NCBI GenBank assembly: GCA_913057675.1
Contig: CAJXOL010000002.1
Coordinates: 1 to 54,283 of the forward strand
DNA from: an uncultured Pseudomonadota bacterium
Lineage (GTDB): Bacteria > Pseudomonadota > Gammaproteobacteria > Burkholderiales > Eutrophovitaceae
DNA length: 54,283 bases
Direction: 5' to 3'
Below the pieces are notes generated by a model. It saw only the letters and a list, made by a program, of their open reading frames with translations, had not been told where the DNA came from and searched no databases. The position numbers and the translations under genes were made by a program. This document shows positions 29,149-36,754 of this stretch, piece after piece (the stretch's first letter is position 1; each line of letters starts with the position of its first letter).

Positions 29149-29958
29149 TCAAAGGTGAGAGTACATTTTGGAGACAATACTTCTACCCTCGCTCGTTTCT
29201 CTCAAAAGTAAAATTTCTTCACCTACGTCAGGATATAAACGTTCCCAAAAATATTGGACCCATTTGCCTCGAAATTCAGCAAGATTTTTAAATATTGATT
29301 TGTCTATTAAGTCGGCTTCTTTCGCTGATAAATAGAACTCTACCATTTTGCGTTGATAGTTTTGATCTGACATCAGAGTTATAACCTGAATGGCTCGAAC
29401 GTATTTAGCTGTGTCGCTCACATCTTTGTCGTCTGTTCTGATTGTTGCCTTTTGCGCAAAGAAATCCGAGTAATCGATGGCGCGACTAACCTCCTTAAAA
29501 TTCGTATTTGTATCCAAAAAAGATACGTCTTGAATGAATTTTTTACTTCGGAATGCTTTGTACTCCCACATCGCTGAATCGGTGAAATCAGTATCTACGA
29601 ACTGAGGTTTTTGATCATTTAATTTTTGGAGGTCACCTTCATCTTCGTCTAGAACTCCCTTAAGAATACCGACGTTACAGAAGAGTACAGATGCCATGAG
29701 ATTTATTATTTGCTCCGGCATGATCAGGCCATCTCGACATCGCATCGCGTTTAGAAGGTGTAATCCGATGATTGATGTGGAAAGTGTGTGACCTAATGAA
29801 AAATAGAGGCTATTTGACTTAGCGAATCTGGTGAATGAGATCAACGCCATATTTTTGATTATGTCTGATGCCCTCATCACATCGGAATCTTGATGCTCAA
29901 TCGACTCAGAGAGAACTTTCTCGAATTCATGCCTTGCAATTCGTGTGAAATTAATCAT
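29149..29958 (-). CDS. Catalytically degenerate paralog of the HD domain of the upstream HD-GAF protein
   Basis: A hand alignment to residues ~45-270 of the 453-aa neighbour shows shared blocks (LY....H, LLF..(I/V)G, D.A..V......D..Y......FY, P(N/D)VG....L..T.EG(K/R)S.VS). The HD metal motifs YHDIEH and FHDIGY are replaced by YFSLGH and FCNVGI. Its start overlaps the upstream stop (ATGA). Confidence 0.7.
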   Translation of the reverse strand: MINFTRIARHEFEKVLSESIEHQDSDVMRASDIIKNMALISFTRFAKSNSLYFSLGHTLSTSIIGLHLLNAMRCRDGLIMPEQIINLMASVLFCNVGILKGVLDEDEGDLQKLNDQKPQFVDTDFTDSAMWEYKAFRSKKFIQDVSFLDTNTNFKEVSRAIDYSDFFAQKATIRTDDKDVSDTAKYVRAIQVITLMSDQNYQRKMVEFYLSAKEADLIDKSIFKNLAEFRGKWVQYFWERLYPDVGEEILLLRETSEGRSIVSKMYSHL

Positions 29959-31316
29959 ATTCGATGAGTCCCTTCCTCAAAGCCTTTGCTGATGTAACTA
30001 CTAACGTTTTTTAGCAACTCTAATACCGAGGGGTCCAGGGTTTCAGGTTCTGGACTAAAAAATTCCAGCACCCACCTGACACCCAAGCCATCATTTAAGG
30101 GGAATGAAAAGGCGCCACGAACCCCGATATCATTCGCTAACTTAGCGCGCGGAAAGTTAGGGTCTAGTGTAACGTCATAAATTGTTTGTACTGCTCCCGT
30201 TTCACACACTCTGCCAGGAAGGCCTTCGCCACTTTTGAAAATATAGCTCTCGCTAATAGCCTTGAATTGTTCAGTTGAGTCATCTTCTGCCGGTGCATGC
30301 CATATTTTCATTGATTTGAGGAATGACTGATCATTATTACGCTGCACGAGGTATGCGTGGCCAAGTGGCCAATCTTTGTAGTTACAAACTTTTTCTAAAA
30401 TGAGGCGAATTAAATCTTCAACCTTATAATTTCTAGCGGTTATTTTTGTGATTTCACTTAATAGCTCGATGCCGCTTTTCTCGAGCTCAGCTTTGTGGCT
30501 TTGTGAGAAGACGTGATAATTTAAGCTAGAAACCCAAGACTTACCTTCGTCAGTTACTTGTAAATACTTAAGGGCAGAACCGACATTTGGTCTAACGAAA
30601 TTGATAAAAAAGCTTGGGTAGCCAGCGCGAAGGTCGGCTGGTGTGTTGTATCCCATTTTGGTCGCTGATCCAGTTTCGTTAAATTCGTAAAACAACCTAG
30701 GTATTTTTACGTCATACATTGGGTCGGCTAGTTGTCCTATTAAATCCGCTGAGCCCACTAAGCTTGCCAGATCCCGAAATTTTACTTCTTCTTGTGTATT
30801 CGCCTCGCCACGGTTAGGTATCGGAAACTGAGTGTAACTAATGAGATCACACAGTAGTTCTCGGTCAACGTCTTGATGCCAGTTTCTCTGGTTTATGAAA
30901 AGTTTTCCGCGCTCAACGTGATACGGCGTTAGAGATGCATCAGTATCACCTTCTTGCAACTCATGGAGTGCTCCGCTCTTATCAATTAGCTGACCTTTAA
31001 CGCCATCACCAACAAGTATATTTCTAACGTATCCGATGTCATGAAAGAGAAGCGCGAGAGTGAAGTGAAGCCAGTCGGCTGAGTTAAGTTCGCCTTCTAG
31101 GATTTTTTTTCCGGCAAAAATCTCCTGGCCGCACAACGTTACCATGCACGTATGTTCGATGTCATGGTATAGAGCGTCAGATCCGCTGATGAGGTTCATC
31201 GAAGTATGAACCGCATCAGCTACGATGTTTAAATATTCTGGTGGGCTTTGAGGAAGTATTTCTTTTCTTTTTTGCTCTAACCTTTGAATGAAATCAATTT
31301 TTATGTTTTTGAGCAT
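29955..31316 (-). CDS. HD-domain phosphohydrolase fused to a C-terminal GAF domain
   Basis: The N-terminal part has the HD motifs LYHDIEH and LLFHDIGY. The C-terminal ~150 aa look like a GAF domain (GEGLPGRVCETGAVQTIYDVTLDPNFPRAKLANDIGVRGAFSFPL). Confidence 0.8.
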   Translation of the reverse strand: MLKNIKIDFIQRLEQKRKEILPQSPPEYLNIVADAVHTSMNLISGSDALYHDIEHTCMVTLCGQEIFAGKKILEGELNSADWLHFTLALLFHDIGYVRNILVGDGVKGQLIDKSGALHELQEGDTDASLTPYHVERGKLFINQRNWHQDVDRELLCDLISYTQFPIPNRGEANTQEEVKFRDLASLVGSADLIGQLADPMYDVKIPRLFYEFNETGSATKMGYNTPADLRAGYPSFFINFVRPNVGSALKYLQVTDEGKSWVSSLNYHVFSQSHKAELEKSGIELLSEITKITARNYKVEDLIRLILEKVCNYKDWPLGHAYLVQRNNDQSFLKSMKIWHAPAEDDSTEQFKAISESYIFKSGEGLPGRVCETGAVQTIYDVTLDPNFPRAKLANDIGVRGAFSFPLNDGLGVRWVLEFFSPEPETLDPSVLELLKNVSSYISKGFEEGTHRI

Positions 31317-31467
31317 TTTTTAGTTTGATTTTTATATAGGATCGTAATTTCTTATACCACTTCGACGACAAACGATCAAATGATTGCATGGCGCACTCCA
31401 TGATCATTATTTAGTGGGTCGGTAACCTATTCGCTTGATTAAGGGCTGGTACTTGACGGCATCTCGA

Positions 31468-32286
31468 TTATTCAGATAATTGCAGGTCTACAAGTTTTGG
31501 TAGCCCGAAAGAATGGGCCGCAGGCGTTGAGAACTTGGCGATATTAGCTAAAAAATATTTTCGCCCACCTGGTGACATTACACCCTCGGCGGACATTGGG
31601 TCTAATTTTCTCCACTCATTTGCCAGGCTCATAGTTAATTTTTTTTGAAATTGGGGTAGAGAGCTGGCAAGAATATCAGCTTCTTGACAAATAACTGCCT
31701 GCCAAACGGGCTTTTTTAAATCAAAACCATCGGTGGATTTGGCGCCATTATGTAATCGTGCATACAGTGTTGGGTCGGTACTCCAAATGATGCATTTAAT
31801 GGCGTATATATCACGCTCATCGCAATTAGCAGCTTCTAATAGAGGTTGTATTAATCGGAATGATCGAGATTCTAGTTGACACACATGGGCATTTCGACTG
31901 CCATTGTGCCCTGCATCATGTCCTGCCATCGCAACAAGAACAAGTATCTCTTCTCTAGTAATATTGTTTGAGTTTTTTTTGTTTAGTCTGCGTTGCTCTA
32001 ATAAAAGTGCCGTGAGACTCCTGATGACAACTGCTGTGTGTAGTCGCGAATGATAATTGGGTTCTTTTCCACTTCTAGCCATTTTCTTGCAAGAGTGTTC
32101 AATAAAATTTGCGACAGCTAATCCAGCAGTTATTAAGTTCGATTTTCTGCTTGCGTCAGCATCATCGTCGTTAATTTGACCTAAATTTTGGACGCATGAC
32201 TCAAAAACTTGCCGAACGCTGGTCCAATTGTCAGACCATTTGGAGTTTAATTCGTTTATCTGATCAATCAGTAATGGTAGCGTCAT
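31468..32286 (-). CDS. Compact class-I (PDEase_I-like) cyclic-nucleotide phosphodiesterase homolog
   Basis: The order and spacing of motifs mirror the eukaryotic PDE catalytic core. YHSRLHTAVV corresponds to YHNxxHAxDV. AGHDAGHNGSRN corresponds to HDxxHPGxxN. LESRS corresponds to LENHH. WSTD corresponds to LATD. EADILASS corresponds to CADLSNP. Confidence 0.68.
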   Translation of the reverse strand: MTLPLLIDQINELNSKWSDNWTSVRQVFESCVQNLGQINDDDADASRKSNLITAGLAVANFIEHSCKKMARSGKEPNYHSRLHTAVVIRSLTALLLEQRRLNKKNSNNITREEILVLVAMAGHDAGHNGSRNAHVCQLESRSFRLIQPLLEAANCDERDIYAIKCIIWSTDPTLYARLHNGAKSTDGFDLKKPVWQAVICQEADILASSLPQFQKKLTMSLANEWRKLDPMSAEGVMSPGGRKYFLANIAKFSTPAAHSFGLPKLVDLQLSE

Positions 32287-32472
32287 GTGTCTCGTGATAT
32301 GAATGAGCTGAAAATAAAACTTATTAATTTTAATCTATAGAACAGATGTTTTTTTTAAGCATAATCATCTGCGTAAGTTTTTCGCGTATGCATTTTATAG
32401 TACTGCAAGTTATGTTGTGCCTATTTAGTATTGTCACGTAAACTATAACTTTTTTATTTTCGGTTTATAAAT

Positions 32473-33867
32473 ATGATTCGTACTCGTTTCGCGCCCAGTC
32501 CGACTGGATATTTACATATTGGGGGTGCCCGCACAGCGCTTTATGCTTGGGCCTATGCAAGGAAGCATGGAGGCCAGTTTATATTGCGTGTTGAGGATAC
32601 CGATCAGGAAAGATCTTCCCAGGCTTCTGTGCAAGCAATACTTGATTCGATGACTTGGTTGGGCCTCGACTGGGATGAGGGGCCGATTTTTCAAATGGAT
32701 CGACTTTCACGTTATCGAGAAGTTGCCGATATGTTAATTGCATCTAGAAATGCTTACTGGTGTTATGCAACTCCTGAGGAGTTGACGGTGATGCGTGAAA
32801 CGCAGCGAAAATCCGGTTTGAAGCCACGATATGATGGTCGATGGCGTCCGGATAATGCTGTAGGTCAAGTGCCACCTGAAGGCGTGGCGCCAGTACTGCG
32901 GTTTAAAAATCCAGATGCTGGAGATGTCTCATGGAACGATCTGGTGAAGGGCATCATTACAGTATCAAATGCGGAACTCGATGATTTTGTTTTGCTTCGC
33001 GGGGATGGAACGCCTACCTATAATTTTGGAGTCGTTGTAGATGATCATGATATGAATCTCACTCACGTTATACGAGGCGATGATCATGTGAACAACACGC
33101 CCAGACAAATTAATGTTTATCGAGCGTTGAATTTTAAATTACCTGATTTTGGGCACGTCCCTATGATTCTAGGTGATGATGGTGAGCGTTTATCCAAGCG
33201 GCATGGTGCGGTCAGTGTGATGCAGTACAGAGATGACGGCTTTTTGCCGGATGCCGTTTTGAATTACTTAGCACGCTTAGGGTGGTCCCACGGGGATGAC
33301 GAGATATTCACGCGAGAGCAGTTTGTGGAGTGGTTTGATCTTGATCACGTTAATCGGTCTCCTGCTAAATTTGATGGTACAAAACTCAGTTGGACAAATG
33401 GCGAGCACATCAAGTTGTCGGATGACACGTTTTTAGCCGATCTTATTCGAGCAAACTATAATAAAAAGACCATCAATTGGCAAAACGGTCCAGAGTTGTC
33501 TGAATTAATTAAGTTATTGAAAGATCGAGCAACATCGCTTAATGATCTGTCTGATTCGGCCTTAATGTATTTTCGAGACATTCAGATTAGTCAGGAAGAT
33601 CGACTACAGTTTTTAACTGTAGATAAAAAGCCGATCTTAATTCACTTTACGGAATCGTTACGATCGGTCGAATGGGAGCGCCAACAAATCGCCAGCTGTA
33701 TTAAGTTTAGTTTAAAAGAGTTCCAACTTAAGATGCCCCAGTTGGCTATGCCATTGAGGCTTTTGTTGACTGGACAAACTCAAACGCCAGCCATTGACGC
33801 CATCATTGAATTATTGGGTCGTGATAGGGCGTTAGCTCGATTAGATGCTGGTTTGTCTGAGCTTTAG
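32473..33867 (+). CDS. gltX: Glutamate--tRNA ligase
   Basis: It has the class I aaRS motifs: HIGG (RFAPSPTGYLHIGGARTA) and KLSKR-type (RLSKRHG). The length is 464 aa. Confidence 0.96.
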   Translation: MIRTRFAPSPTGYLHIGGARTALYAWAYARKHGGQFILRVEDTDQERSSQASVQAILDSMTWLGLDWDEGPIFQMDRLSRYREVADMLIASRNAYWCYATPEELTVMRETQRKSGLKPRYDGRWRPDNAVGQVPPEGVAPVLRFKNPDAGDVSWNDLVKGIITVSNAELDDFVLLRGDGTPTYNFGVVVDDHDMNLTHVIRGDDHVNNTPRQINVYRALNFKLPDFGHVPMILGDDGERLSKRHGAVSVMQYRDDGFLPDAVLNYLARLGWSHGDDEIFTREQFVEWFDLDHVNRSPAKFDGTKLSWTNGEHIKLSDDTFLADLIRANYNKKTINWQNGPELSELIKLLKDRATSLNDLSDSALMYFRDIQISQEDRLQFLTVDKKPILIHFTESLRSVEWERQQIASCIKFSLKEFQLKMPQLAMPLRLLLTGQTQTPAIDAIIELLGRDRALARLDAGLSEL

Positions 33868-33885
33868 GGGATGTAGACAAAAAGC

Positions 33886-33914
33886 TTTACACAATTAAAG
33901 TCACTCCGTATAAT
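33886..33914 (+). promoter_or_regulatory. Sigma70 promoter for the tRNA-Ala/tRNA-Glu unit (TTTACA-17 nt-TATAAT, GC-rich discriminator)
   Basis: The -35 TTTACA lies at 33886-33891, followed by an exact 17-nt spacer and a perfect -10 TATAAT at 33909-33914. TCAGCGCTCG follows, and tRNA-Ala begins at 33931. Confidence 0.6.
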
Positions 33915-33930
33915 TCAGCGCTCGTTTGCT

Positions 33931-34006
<76 letters not shown>

Positions 34007-34027
34007 AGCACAGCGAAGACGAATTAA

Positions 34028-34103
34028 GACCCCATCGTCTAGAGGCCTAGGACACTGCCCTTTCACGGCGGCGACAGGGGTTCGAATCCCCTTGGGGTCG
34101 CCA
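34028..34103 (+). tRNA. tRNA-Glu (anticodon TTC)
   Basis: The 76-nt sequence is nearly identical in pattern to E. coli tRNA-Glu (..CGTCTAGAGGCCTAGGACA..CCCTTTCACGG..GGGGTTCGAATCCCC..). The acceptor is GACCCCA/TGGGGTC. Confidence 0.95.
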
Positions 34104-34110
34104 TAAAATC

Positions 34111-34143
34111 AAGGACTTAGCAATTTGCTAAGTCCTTTTTTTT
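34111..34143 (+). terminator. Rho-independent terminator after tRNA-Glu
   Basis: A perfect 12-bp stem AAGGACTTAGCA/TGCTAAGTCCTT closes a 3-nt loop and is followed by a T-run extending to 34143. Confidence 0.85.
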
Positions 34144-34181
34144 GCCTGATACCGCCAGAATGTGCCATGATTTAATATTAA

Positions 34182-34331
34182 TGGTGGACAAATGGCGACG
34201 TTAAATTGGCTCCACTGCCTCACGATCTACTGTCTGAAATATTAAACAGAATCATAAACGAAGTGGAAGGCATCAATCGCGTTGTATATGACATCTCGGC
34301 TGAGTCTTCTGCGACTATTGAGCGCGAATAA
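34182..34331 (+). pseudogene. guaA: Decayed 3'-terminal fragment of GMP synthase (guaA), with no upstream coding body
   Basis: The open frame begins right after a TAA (34179-34181) and reads [49 protein letters not shown]. The E. coli GuaA C-terminus as I recall it is ..[39 protein letters not shown]. There is no ATG, and the N-terminal ~470 aa are absent. Confidence 0.7.
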
Positions 34332-34392
34332 ATCTCAATTATATCAATAACTTATTGAAATATCTTAATAAATTTTGATGGATTTTAAATAA

Positions 34393-34722
34393 ATGTATTT
34401 ATCGGTAACGGGAATTAAACCAAAAGGCTTAATTGGTTGGATAAGGTTCTGGACATTAACAATGCCTGCGTCAAAGGGTGCCCAAAAAGCTGAAGGAATA
34501 TTGCACTGTGCGTTCAATTCACGTAGTGGATTCCAACACACATTAACTGTGTGGAAATCAAAAAAAGACATGTTAGGTTATTTAACATCTCCACCCCATT
34601 TGAAGGCTATGAAAAACCTTTCTAAGATTGGTAAAGGAAAAGTTTATGGCTACGAAGCTGGTCGTATTCCAAGTTGGGAAGATGCATTTACCGAGTGGGA
34701 TAAAAATGGGCGTATTTATTGA
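34393..34722 (+). CDS. DUF3291-like (spheroidene-monooxygenase-related / ABM-fold) small protein
   Basis: The 109-aa product has blocks TLTVWKSKKDMLGYLTSPPHLKAM and GRIPSWEDAFTEW. These resemble the DUF3291 pattern (..SVWES.EAL..FVY...H...M...G.IPT..EA...L). Confidence 0.5.
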   Translation: MYLSVTGIKPKGLIGWIRFWTLTMPASKGAQKAEGILHCAFNSRSGFQHTLTVWKSKKDMLGYLTSPPHLKAMKNLSKIGKGKVYGYEAGRIPSWEDAFTEWDKNGRIY

Positions 34723-34872
34723 GAAATTTTTACAAGGAAGCTACAAAGTAATTTTAAATATACGTATTGAAATGATAGGTCTGGATAGAACGATTGGCTG
34801 GGAATAAAATACTGTGATCAACTTACTAATTTTATTTAGTAATGTCGTTGGTAAGGTGTTACAGAGTTAGAT

Positions 34873-34901
34873 AGCCAATGGTTAATTCTATTGGCTTTTT
34901 T
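34873..34901 (+). terminator. Candidate rho-independent terminator ~150 nt downstream of the DUF3291-like gene
   Basis: A 7-bp stem AGCCAAT/ATTGGCT closes a 10-nt loop and is followed by T6. Confidence 0.4.
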
Positions 34902-34933
34902 GCATCAAACTTCCAAAGAATTAGGGGATCAAT

Positions 34934-35632
34934 ATGTCCGAGTCGATATATAAAATTGGAATTCTTATTTTTCCAGGTGTCACGCAACTTGACTTTACTG
35001 GACCCGCTGAAGTTTTAGCGCGCATGCCAGATACCGAAATCTCTCTAGTTTGGAAAACGCTAGATCCAGTCACTAGCCAATTTGGGTTGAAATATTACCC
35101 AGACGCTAAAATTACTGAAAATGTGAACTACGATCTAATCCTCGTTCCTGGCGGTTTTGATTGCGCACGAATCATGATTGACCCGGAGGTCCTGATATGG
35201 CTTCAAGAGCAATCGAGGTCAGCAGAATATTTGACTAGTGTTTGTACCGGTTCATTGGTTTTAGCGGCTGCCGGATTACTTAATGGCTACAATGCGGGAT
35301 GTCATTGGGGCTGGGCCGAGCATTTGAAGAAGTTTGGGGCAAATCCAACTCGAGAGCGAGTCGTCATTGATGGTAACCGTATCACCGCAGGCGGCGTCAC
35401 GTCTGGCATTGACTTTGCATTGCACATTGTTGAGAGAAAATGTGGTCGTGAGCTCGCTGAGCAGATCGTTCTAAGCATCGAGTATGACCCCGCTCCAATC
35501 TCAGGCGGGGTTCCAGAGACTGCTCGAACGGAAGTTTTTGATATGGCTAAAAATAGAATAGCGACCCTAAATAAATCTGGGGGGCACATCAACATGATTG
35601 ATGAAGCTGCCTCTAAACTCTTTGCGATCTAG
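34934..35632 (+). CDS. DJ-1/PfpI family protein (isonitrile-hydratase/amidotransferase-like)
   Basis: It has the N-terminal beta-strand IGILIFPGVTQLDFTGP and the nucleophile-elbow sequence SVCTGSLVLAAAGLL. Confidence 0.8.
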   Translation: MSESIYKIGILIFPGVTQLDFTGPAEVLARMPDTEISLVWKTLDPVTSQFGLKYYPDAKITENVNYDLILVPGGFDCARIMIDPEVLIWLQEQSRSAEYLTSVCTGSLVLAAAGLLNGYNAGCHWGWAEHLKKFGANPTRERVVIDGNRITAGGVTSGIDFALHIVERKCGRELAEQIVLSIEYDPAPISGGVPETARTEVFDMAKNRIATLNKSGGHINMIDEAASKLFAI

Positions 35633-35691
35633 AATGAATGACAAGGCCGAACTAAAAAATAATCGTTTGACAACGACTAAAGGAGGCCAAA

Positions 35692-36507
35692 TTGAAGGAA
35701 GCGAATGATTTTAAAATAGAATCTGATGCGCTTTATGCAGTTATGAGCAACCTAGGTGACGCAGATTTTAGAGAGTCAACCCAGTTCAAGGGTTGGACAT
35801 TGAATGACGTTTTGGAACATCTGCATATGTGGAATTGGGCGGCAAATGAATCTTATGTTAACGAAGGAGGTTTTTCGACGTTCATTGACACTGTTATTAC
35901 TGAGACCAAGGGTGGTAGCTTAAAACCTTTTGAGCGTAAATGGATCGACGGTTTATCTGGAAGTGATTTACTTGAGACATGGCGTGTGTTCTATACCAAA
36001 ATGGCTTTAACGTTTGAGAGTGTAGATCCAAAAATACGGCTGAAGTGGGCTGGACCGACTATGAGTGCGCGCTCCTCCATTTCTGCACGACTCATGGAAA
36101 CATGGGCACACGGCCAGGAGGTTTTTGACCATCTGGGTGTTGTGAGGAGGGACGGAGATCATATTAAAAGCATCGTAGTACTGGGTATTAATACCTTTGA
36201 ATGGACTTATGTCACGCGATGTGAGGTGACCCCCGGTCCTTTACCTTATGTTCGACTGACCTCGCCATTCGGAGAGCTTTGGGAGTTTGGCAGCGTGTCG
36301 AACACCGAATTTGTAGAAGGGCTAGCGACCGAGTTTTGCGAGGTGGTGACCCAGGTGCGCAATGTAGCTGACACTCGTCTTCGCGTGGCGGGTGGTGTCG
36401 CACTCGATTGGATGTCAAAAGCGCAGTGTTTTGCTGGAGGGGCGGAGTCACCGCCGCGGCCTGGCACGCGTTTTCGACAGGTAAAATCTGATATTGGCGT
36501 GAGTTGA
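35692..36507 (+). CDS. DinB-fold / maleylpyruvate-isomerase-N-terminal family metal-binding protein (TIGR03084-like)
   Basis: It contains GWTLNDVLEHLHMWNW...ETWAHGQEVFD, typical of the mycothiol-maleylpyruvate-isomerase N-terminal (DinB_2) superfamily. It has a TTG start. Confidence 0.62.
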   Translation: MKEANDFKIESDALYAVMSNLGDADFRESTQFKGWTLNDVLEHLHMWNWAANESYVNEGGFSTFIDTVITETKGGSLKPFERKWIDGLSGSDLLETWRVFYTKMALTFESVDPKIRLKWAGPTMSARSSISARLMETWAHGQEVFDHLGVVRRDGDHIKSIVVLGINTFEWTYVTRCEVTPGPLPYVRLTSPFGELWEFGSVSNTEFVEGLATEFCEVVTQVRNVADTRLRVAGGVALDWMSKAQCFAGGAESPPRPGTRFRQVKSDIGVS

Positions 36508-36754
36508 CGTCGGCTCTGGCGAGTGGTCAAACAATGGTCATTACGTCGACCGTTTATTTGATACAACCCGTTGATTTAACGAATCAGGGTGGTTTTTGTC
36601 CAAGTGTGATTAACGACCCTGACGCAACATTATGATGTACGATAAGCAATATCCATCTTTGCTTCGTGCCACGCACTCAAAGTCAAGTAGACCACTTTTC
36701 TTTAACGCCTGTAGCGTTGCGACAAGCATGAAGGCTTTATGTTAACGGGATCAA

